This document shows, in pieces, positions 56,979-64,000 of a DNA stretch of 64,000 bases. The notes under the pieces were generated by a model. That model had not been told where the DNA came from, made no database searches, and saw only the letters and a program-made list of their open reading frames with translations. The position numbers were made by a program, and so were the translations under genes. The stretch is taken from the sequence record PQ741806.1, one strand, 5' to 3'. Each line of letters opens with the position of its first letter. Positions within the stretch are counted from its first letter, which is position 1.

Positions 56979-57681
56979 TGTCCTCTAGTTTATCTCGAAG
57001 ATTAGGATCATCAGTCCATTGTAGAGAAAGAGTGTATCTCTCCTCTTTAGGCCGTAGTAGTAGGAATCCACGTCTTAATGTATTCCAAGACATATTGGGC
57101 GATAGTAAACCACGCCTTTGTGTATTAGCCAATGAGGTAAGTTTCTTTTTATCCAATCCTACAAGGTTGACTGGATTATTTAAAAACTCTTCCCATAGCT
57201 TATCCCACTTCTCCTGGTTAATTCCTTCTTTCCAGAGAATATGCCTATACAGATGGGCCATTGTAGTTGTAGCTGGTTTTTGATTCTTAAAAATTTCACA
57301 TTCTTCATAGGGGAAATCATTTGCAGAGCAAGTTACCTCATCTTCAGTTGGATCGATATTGATCGTATAAACTGAATCAGGTTTTGATGTACCCCAAATC
57401 AGACGTACCTCTAATGTTGCTTTAACAGGTGATAAGAAATCAATAGCTTTCTTAAAGCCATCCCAACTCATTGTATCAGCTTTAAGTGCTTTATTAAGAT
57501 TACCTTTATCTGGGTTATTCTTGTTATGTGGTTTTTGAAAGTATGCATTCAAACGTTTATCCCAAGCAAACTGTGTCATATTACGCCACAGTAGTACTTC
57601 CCGGAAAACATAACACAAAACCCCTTCTGCCTGCCTTAATCCTTTTTGAGGATCGCTTAATAAGTCTTTTACAGATTCCAT
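56920..57681 (-). CDS. Hypothetical protein with tandem duplicated domain (253 aa)
   Basis: Two about 115-aa repeats sharing WDK...MSW..F/L....LxP...W. Confidence 0.85.
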   Translation of the reverse strand: MESVKDLLSDPQKGLRQAEGVLCYVFREVLLWRNMTQFAWDKRLNAYFQKPHNKNNPDKGNLNKALKADTMSWDGFKKAIDFLSPVKATLEVRLIWGTSKPDSVYTINIDPTEDEVTCSANDFPYEECEIFKNQKPATTTMAHLYRHILWKEGINQEKWDKLWEEFLNNPVNLVGLDKKKLTSLANTQRRGLLSPNMSWNTLRRGFLLLRPKEERYTLSLQWTDDPNLRDKLEDSVHIVPVPDPHWVEPNSNE

Positions 57682-57752
57682 CTTTTTTTACACCTACGGT
57701 GAATTGATAATAAACACACTTTATATTAATTTATACTTGTATAGTCTGCACC

Positions 57753-58277
57753 TCATAGTAACTTAATAATTGCTCTTGATAGTTCAATAATATCATAGTA
57801 CATTCTATCCATCTGGCGCTGATATGCTTGATGGTTAATCTGTTCAAGATATTCAGTTTGTTGCCAAATTAAGTCACGCATAGTTTCAATAGATTTACAT
57901 ACATCAATAAAACTATCATTACTGTTTATAAAATATTCATCAAGGTCAATTGATTTCCTGTCGATAAACTCAGTACGACACATTTCACTAATCTTTAGAT
58001 CATCTTCATTTGCAATATGATCATTTAACCTAGTTAGAGCATCTAATAAATAACCAATACTGTAATGTCTTAGATAGACAGGAACACCTATCATCTTCCT
58101 GATGGTCAGAGTTTTTAATTCATCCAGATTAATTAATTGCCAGAAATTATTAATAGCTTTTAATCGTTCTTCACCTGAAATAATATCTTTATCTATCCGT
58201 TCTAATTCAGTTAGAAGTTGTTCTTTACCAACTTCCTTTTGGAAGCCCCGGAAATATTGAATAAGTTTCTTAAACAT
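57753..58277 (-). CDS. Hypothetical helical protein (174 aa)
   Basis: Long ORF. Confidence 0.8.
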   Translation of the reverse strand: MFKKLIQYFRGFQKEVGKEQLLTELERIDKDIISGEERLKAINNFWQLINLDELKTLTIRKMIGVPVYLRHYSIGYLLDALTRLNDHIANEDDLKISEMCRTEFIDRKSIDLDEYFINSNDSFIDVCKSIETMRDLIWQQTEYLEQINHQAYQRQMDRMYYDIIELSRAIIKLL

Positions 58278-58356
58278 GATATAGGACCTATTTTTCAGAT
58301 ACTTAGCATATGGTAAGTATGTTAGGTATTACTATTACTAATTAGAGGATAATAAA

Positions 58357-58872
58357 ATGTTCCATGGTGCAGATTTATCTGATGAGCCTTTAGAAAAGAA
58401 ATCATCAACTACAGAAGAAAAGGTATATGCTGATCTAGAATATGAGCAGCAGATACGGTATACACAATCAGTTAAAGAGAAAGTACTAAAAGCTGTATTA
58501 GAAAATACAACTGGTAAAGTACCTACTGATAAAGAATCAGTTGATATGATTCTTAAATTAACAGATTCAATGGATAAGACAACAATTGCTAACCGTCGTA
58601 TTCAAGTTGATTCTGAGGGTGCACGCTCTAACCGTGAACTTGCTGAAGGCTTTGCTGAATTCGTTAAGATGCAAATGAACCGTAATCCATTAATACGTGA
58701 TCCGAATGATGTCCCTGCAACACCACGTGAGATTCCAGATATTCCTGATGAGGAATTTGAGAATTACACTATTGAAGAAGGTGAAACTGAAATCGGTATC
58801 ATCATGGAGGAATCCAATGCATTTATGGAGCGGATGGATGCTGCACGAGAAAAAGAATTAGAAAACGATTGA
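58357..58872 (+). CDS. Hypothetical acidic protein (171 aa)
   Basis: GAGGA RBS; divergent from previous gene. Confidence 0.85.
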   Translation: MFHGADLSDEPLEKKSSTTEEKVYADLEYEQQIRYTQSVKEKVLKAVLENTTGKVPTDKESVDMILKLTDSMDKTTIANRRIQVDSEGARSNRELAEGFAEFVKMQMNRNPLIRDPNDVPATPREIPDIPDEEFENYTIEEGETEIGIIMEESNAFMERMDAAREKELEND

Positions 58873-58887
58873 TATTAACGACATATA

Positions 58888-58914
58888 GCCCTCCCGTAAT
58901 GGGAGGGCGTTATG
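58888..58914. terminator. Bidirectional hairpin GCCCTCCC-GTAAT-GGGAGGGC-G-TTATG
   Basis: Between convergent genes. Confidence 0.85.
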
Positions 58915-58917
58915 CAC

Positions 58918-59616
58918 TTAATACAAATCGATATCTAATACATCACCAACTGTATTTACGATTACTTCAACAGGTGGTAGCTCAATATTACCAATTGATT
59001 TCTTAATAACATTCATTTGGTTAATAACTTGATTATGATCAGATGTTACTTTAAGAGCTAATAGTCCAATAGCAGTTAAACTTACGATTGCAGTTGAGTT
59101 ATCTGAAATAGTTTCATATGCAGCTTTACCTACTTTCTTAATAGTTTTAAATAGAGTAGGTTTATTTTGACGAATTAGTTTTCGTTCTTTTGCTTTAGCT
59201 AGCTCATCATCAAATTCTTTATTAAAGCTACGGCGTTTACTCCAATCATAAACACCTGGTGAAACTTCTTCAAAATTGGAAGAGATTGCACCAAAATCAC
59301 TAGCATGGCTAAACATCCATTTAAAGATAAAGCGATTAGAAAGAACCCACGCCTGTAGATTAGTTTCTGCATCGTTGATTAGTTTAATAGCATCGCTTCC
59401 AGTAGCCACTTGGCCATTAGCTTTAACAAATAAAATCAGTCTTACAGTAGTACCATTGATTACTGTGTTATTCACATTTGCAATCCTGGTATAAATTTCT
59501 TTAATAATTCGCTTTTGTTTATCTAAATCAGCACCATTTAAACGAATATTAAATTGACGGTCTAATACGGCCATTGCAGTTTCCTCTAGGGTTATTGTAC
59601 CTAAAGTATACTGCAT
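58918..59616 (-). CDS. Hypothetical protein with C-terminal hydrophobic segment (232 aa)
   Basis: ORF in early operon. Confidence 0.8.
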   Translation of the reverse strand: MQYTLGTITLEETAMAVLDRQFNIRLNGADLDKQKRIIKEIYTRIANVNNTVINGTTVRLILFVKANGQVATGSDAIKLINDAETNLQAWVLSNRFIFKWMFSHASDFGAISSNFEEVSPGVYDWSKRRSFNKEFDDELAKAKERKLIRQNKPTLFKTIKKVGKAAYETISDNSTAIVSLTAIGLLALKVTSDHNQVINQMNVIKKSIGNIELPPVEVIVNTVGDVLDIDLY

Positions 59617-59623
59617 GACCGTA

Positions 59624-60052
59624 TTATTTTAATTTTTTACATGCTTTATAAAACCGTGTACCAACGTACAAAATAAACCCGCCAATAACAGCAACTGATG
59701 TGATTGTTTCCAGCGGCATGCGCTTAGCGGGTTCTTCAATTGGTACTGTAACAGCTGGTAATTCAATTCTTTTCTCAATAACTTTTTTACCAGTTAACTT
59801 ATAATAAACATCTGGTTCTAATGTTATCGATTCAAGAATCTGATTACTACATGGATAGCGTGTGACGCCTCCATGTCCATCTGCAACATAGAAGCTGAAT
59901 GTATCGCCTACACGATGTAAGTCAACCACACTACCCATATATGTCATATGAGCTGGATAGAGTTCTGCCTTGACCTTTCCATCGTTGAATAAGTCAATGA
60001 CGGAACTCTTCTTTAGCTCACCCATTAAGTTTGCTAAAGTGAATGCCGCCAT
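59624..60052 (-). CDS. Hypothetical protein with C-terminal TM segment (142 aa)
   Basis: VAVIGGFILYVG hydrophobic tail. Confidence 0.8.
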   Translation of the reverse strand: MAAFTLANLMGELKKSSVIDLFNDGKVKAELYPAHMTYMGSVVDLHRVGDTFSFYVADGHGGVTRYPCSNQILESITLEPDVYYKLTGKKVIEKRIELPAVTVPIEEPAKRMPLETITSVAVIGGFILYVGTRFYKACKKLK

Positions 60053-60070
60053 TAGCGATAACCCTATTAT

Positions 60071-60277
60071 TTAATCGACTTGTTGAGCACTATCATCAAT
60101 ATCGATTTTATCTAGCTCATCAGTTAGAATATCTACTTCACTGTCTAGTACCGTATCATCATCAGCTACGGTGTCATCAATAACGGTTGATTTAGAAACG
60201 GCCTTATATAGATTAATAGCGGCAACAGCGAGGGCACCAGTTGAGATAATTGCAGCTGCGATCTTTAGTACTTTCAT
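60071..60277 (-). CDS. Small membrane-anchored acidic protein (68 aa)
   Basis: Hydrophobic N-terminus then Asp-rich tail; first gene after promoter. Confidence 0.75.
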   Translation of the reverse strand: MKVLKIAAAIISTGALAVAAINLYKAVSKSTVIDDTVADDDTVLDSEVDILTDELDKIDIDDSAQQVD

Positions 60278-60332
60278 TTTCTATTTTCCTAATCATTAAG
60301 TTTTAATAAGTATCCAATATAGATACATGTCT

Positions 60333-60358
60333 GTAATATAGATCTTAAACTTTTTTTA
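60333..60358 (-). promoter_or_regulatory. phiKZ-type early promoter
   Basis: Minus AAAGTTTAAGATC-TATATTAC (core 60333-60340). Confidence 0.8.
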
Positions 60359-60387
60359 GTGTAATAAAAAAAATTAATGCGATATAA

Positions 60388-60409
60388 ACCCCCTCCCGAA
60401 GGAGAGGGT
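60388..60409. terminator. Hairpin ACCCCCTCC-CGAA-GGAGAGGGT
   Basis: Stem with one mismatch on plus strand that is a G:U pair on minus strand. Confidence 0.75.
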
Positions 60410-60419
60410 AATATGTATA

Positions 60420-60815
60420 TCAGTATTCCATCGAAGTTAATACTCGATAATGATCTAATAGTAAATCAATAACAGAGTAAAAAGAATCACAGTTGAATTG
60501 CGTATCTATATTTGCAGATACTCCAGTAATACGATTGATAATATGGAGACACTTAATATCTCCACCACGTTGTCTGATAAAAACAACTGCCCACACTGGC
60601 CACGTACTATCTGGTGTGGTGTCTTGAATAACTAATCTGTAATACCCATCATTTACTGTTTCAATGGATGCTTGGATTGGATCATCTGTATAAGCCGATT
60701 CTACTTGAACATATTGATCATTATAATAAAACATTTCCTTAATAAGTTTAGCACAGGCATGTAATGTCTCCATTACCTTAGCTGAACTATTTGGATTATA
60801 TTGTTGATTAAACAT
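60420..60815 (-). CDS. Hypothetical protein (131 aa)
   Basis: GAGG RBS; monocistronic between promoter and hairpin. Confidence 0.8.
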   Translation of the reverse strand: MFNQQYNPNSSAKVMETLHACAKLIKEMFYYNDQYVQVESAYTDDPIQASIETVNDGYYRLVIQDTTPDSTWPVWAVVFIRQRGGDIKCLHIINRITGVSANIDTQFNCDSFYSVIDLLLDHYRVLTSMEY

Positions 60816-60849
60816 GTCATTAACCTCTTAAGATATTGTATGCATAGTA

Positions 60850-60874
60850 GTAATATATATCTTAATTATTTTTT
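60850..60874 (-). promoter_or_regulatory. phiKZ-type early promoter
   Basis: Minus AATAATTAAGATA-TATATTAC (core 60850-60857). Confidence 0.75.
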
Positions 60875-60906
60875 AGTATAGTTGTGAAAACTTAGAGGAA
60901 TATACG

Positions 60907-61083
60907 ATGCCTAGTAAAAGTAAAAAACAACATAACTTCATGGCTGCTGTAGCCAATGATAAGAAGTTTGCTAAGAAAGTTGGTGTACCACAATCAGTTG
61001 GTAAAGACTTTGTTGAGGCTGATAAAAATAAAAAGAGTTTTGAAAGTGTTTCACTTAATAGCACTTATAAAGATAGTTACTAA
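60907..61083 (+). CDS. Small basic protein (58 aa), missed by track
   Basis: GAGGA RBS; MPSKSKKQHNFMAAVANDKKFAKKVGVPQSVGKDFVEADKNKKSFESVSLNSTYKDSY*; stop abuts convergent-type hairpin. Confidence 0.85.
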   Translation: MPSKSKKQHNFMAAVANDKKFAKKVGVPQSVGKDFVEADKNKKSFESVSLNSTYKDSY

Positions 61084-61089
61084 TATAAT

Positions 61090-61115
61090 GCCCTCCCATT
61101 GCGGGAGGGCTTATG
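61090..61115. terminator. Bidirectional hairpin GCCCTCCC-ATTGC-GGGAGGGC-TTATG
   Basis: Between 58-aa gene and convergent sbcC. Confidence 0.85.
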
Positions 61116-61125
61116 TTGCTTATAA

Positions 61126-63618
61126 TTATTTTAATACTAGATTTTTATTAAATACTTCTGGAGTACTAATATTAGCTGGATCAAGTACAATAAATTCAGC
61201 TTGGTTAAATGCACCGTGTGTTGATTCAAAGTGGCTGATGAAGAACACTTGATTAACAATGCCATTTTCAATTAACCTGTTAATGAATGGAATAGCATTG
61301 GCTCGATGTTGTTCATCAAAAGTCCTGCTAAATTCATCTAAGAAAAGGGGCATGTCATCTAGATGTAAAAATTTCAAGATAGCCATTCTAAAAGCAAAAT
61401 CAACAATCTCTAATTGTGAGTCAGACCCGTATTCAATGTCCGGTGGCTGAACGTCACCACCTGCAATATGCATTGGGAACTTATAATCCATGCCATCTTT
61501 GTCAACATTAGAAGGTAATACTTCTAACCTATAAGTCCAAATCTCATTGATGTATGCATTTACTAGTTTAACTACTCCTTGTAAGAAACCTAATAAATAG
61601 CGACCAAGAATACCACTTTTTGGTGATAATGCTTTTTCAAGAATAGCTAAATCAGTAGCCATTTGTTGTGCATGGTTAACTTCTGATTCTAAAACTTTAA
61701 TACGTTCTTCATGACGTTCCATTTCACTTAAACGACTATGCACACTAGATAGTTCTAAGTTAACAGCATCAATCTCTGCTTGGTATGCCTTATCTACAAA
61801 GTTATCAGCTGTATCCACTATCTTTTTAATAAACTGCTCCCATCGTTCAATAAAAGAATGATACTTATCTTCCCATTCACGAATAGCATTACCAGCTTTA
61901 TTGAAATGAGATGCTTTTCTTTGTAAGTCAGCTGCTACATGTGTTTTATTATTAATTTCAGTTTCTAGTGCAGTTGTACGTGCCTTAATGAACCCTAATG
62001 CATCTTGATCCATCTCAGCAATAACACGTAGTCGTTGAGCTAATAAAGTAGCTTCCGCATGAGCTTGCTTAGAGACAATGAGTTGCTGCATTGCATCTCG
62101 CCAGTCTAATGCATCATTTATATATTTTGCTGGTGTGCGATACATTACGACATGTTCAGCTACATAGTTCCATAATGTATCAAATTCGTTATACTCTTTC
62201 GTTAATTGAACGTAGCCATGTACATAACTTACATATTCATTGAAGTCAGTCATGTACTGTTCAAGAACCTTGATCTCATTTGAACAGCTATCCATCGCTT
62301 CATCTAACTTAGCTTTGCGCTCTTCTGCTATTGTGATATCTTGTTCACTAACACCAGGTTTAAATGAATGAGTGCATGATGGGCAAGTAATAGATGCGCA
62401 TTCCTTAAATGAATTTAGGCGTTGATTAATTTGTAAATACATGCCTTCCATGGTTGAGTATTTACTTTTTAATTCTTTTAGCCTTTCTGCATTTTTAATA
62501 GCAGTTTCTTTACTTAAGTAACCATTCTCATTATTAGGAAATGTAGTGAGAAGTTTGATCCAACGATCTGAGAGATCAGTAAGTTTACCAGATGGATCAC
62601 CGTTAACAGAAATGTCAACCAAAGGAAATCTACCGGTATACTTCTTATATTTACTAATAGCTTCTTCAGCAATGCGTGTATGATGTTCATGTCTGTCCTT
62701 AAGTTCTTGTATTTCTTCTGGAGACATACGTTCAGCTGTATTCGGATTAGAGCTTTTTAATTCTTCTAATTCTTCAACTAAACGTGCAATAACTGCTTGT
62801 ATAGATTTATATTCTTCAATCTTCTTATTATTTAGTTCTAAGAAAGATTCATACCCATCTACTTTAACTTGAATAGGTAACATTGGAAATGACATTAACA
62901 ATGAACGAGCTTCATCTAAGATAGAATCTAATTCTTTACGTGCAGTGGTTTCATCTCTAAAATGAAGGACACCTTTCTTATCACGTGTTTTATAAAGTAA
63001 ATCAATACGACTAACTAACCGTTGTTTCACTTCTTTCAACTGTGTCATTTCTGAATCATTCAATACCCCATGGTGTTCTGTGACCAATCGCTTATTAATT
63101 GTTTTAACAGTACCTTGCTGGTTAGATAATTCTTTACGTACTTTGTTATAAACATTAAATGCATAATCAAGGTTAACTACAGACATTCTAGTTAACCATG
63201 CTTTACGTTCATTAGGTTTTAACTTTGTAAAACGCATCTTACCTGTCAACATTTCATGCAGTTCTCGGTTTAACCCGAAATGCGCCATTACAAGTTCTTC
63301 TTGTTCTTTAAAGGTATGACCACTATTTAATTCTTCATCATTACATAAAAAGGAATGATGTCCAGTGCCACGGTTATATTTAGAAATTAATTTATAGTCT
63401 TTACCATTTGCATGACAATGGAAATGTTTCTCGCCACCTTGCTTGAAGTTTGAACTGCTAGATACAACAGGTGTCAGTTCACTAATAATAGATGATTTGC
63501 CAGAACCATTACTACCAAGTATAACCATCATCTGTTTGCTTGGAGTCCATTCAAAATAATGTGTATTATTGGCCATCAACCTAGTATAGCCAATTAGCTT
63601 AAGTAGCTTGATCTGCAT
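61126..63618 (-). CDS. sbcC: SbcC/Rad50-like SMC ATPase (830 aa)
   Basis: Walker A GSNGSGKS, coiled coils, CPSC zinc hook, GSDSQ signature, LFLDE Walker B, FISH. Confidence 0.93.
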   Translation of the reverse strand: MQIKLLKLIGYTRLMANNTHYFEWTPSKQMMVILGSNGSGKSSIISELTPVVSSSSNFKQGGEKHFHCHANGKDYKLISKYNRGTGHHSFLCNDEELNSGHTFKEQEELVMAHFGLNRELHEMLTGKMRFTKLKPNERKAWLTRMSVVNLDYAFNVYNKVRKELSNQQGTVKTINKRLVTEHHGVLNDSEMTQLKEVKQRLVSRIDLLYKTRDKKGVLHFRDETTARKELDSILDEARSLLMSFPMLPIQVKVDGYESFLELNNKKIEEYKSIQAVIARLVEELEELKSSNPNTAERMSPEEIQELKDRHEHHTRIAEEAISKYKKYTGRFPLVDISVNGDPSGKLTDLSDRWIKLLTTFPNNENGYLSKETAIKNAERLKELKSKYSTMEGMYLQINQRLNSFKECASITCPSCTHSFKPGVSEQDITIAEERKAKLDEAMDSCSNEIKVLEQYMTDFNEYVSYVHGYVQLTKEYNEFDTLWNYVAEHVVMYRTPAKYINDALDWRDAMQQLIVSKQAHAEATLLAQRLRVIAEMDQDALGFIKARTTALETEINNKTHVAADLQRKASHFNKAGNAIREWEDKYHSFIERWEQFIKKIVDTADNFVDKAYQAEIDAVNLELSSVHSRLSEMERHEERIKVLESEVNHAQQMATDLAILEKALSPKSGILGRYLLGFLQGVVKLVNAYINEIWTYRLEVLPSNVDKDGMDYKFPMHIAGGDVQPPDIEYGSDSQLEIVDFAFRMAILKFLHLDDMPLFLDEFSRTFDEQHRANAIPFINRLIENGIVNQVFFISHFESTHGAFNQAEFIVLDPANISTPEVFNKNLVLK

Positions 63619-63667
63619 GATTAACCCTTAATAATGTCTTACTCTATAGAGTTAATAACCCTAGTAA

Positions 63668-64000
<333 letters not shown>

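Overview
AT-rich segment of a phiKZ-like (nucleus-forming, Chimalliviridae-type) jumbo phage, host probably Pseudomonas (inferred from gene order and family resemblance, not a database search). It matches roughly the gp164-gp237 region read in reverse. Left half (1-35 kb): minus-strand operons of small accessory genes separated by hairpin-terminator/early-promoter (TATATTAC) junctions. They include thyA, dcd, tmk, an SspB-like ClpX adaptor, an AAA ATPase, a DprA/SLOG protein, a DEDDh exonuclease and a Tad1-family anti-Thoeris sponge, and are interrupted by a plus-strand island (SF2 helicase plus two probable virion genes). Right half: core virion module with a tail protein, a 2241-aa tape-measure/lytic transglycosylase, split virion RNA polymerase beta'/beta genes, head proteins, prohead protease, SbcC/Rad50 and the start of a tail-spike-like gene. 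No tRNA, rRNA, CRISPR array, intron, intein or transposon was seen. The best novelty candidate is an ORF-free structured element at about 21146-21310. Its minus strand carries 21 nt that can pair continuously (3 G:U wobbles) with the 3' end of host 16S rRNA and has no start codon behind it, so it may be a ribosome-binding ncRNA. Other leads: a Tad1 domain fused to a virion-propeptide-like N-terminus, five small genes missed by the ORF track, a possible +1 frameshift, and a recurrent hairpin family with CATA/TTATG arms.
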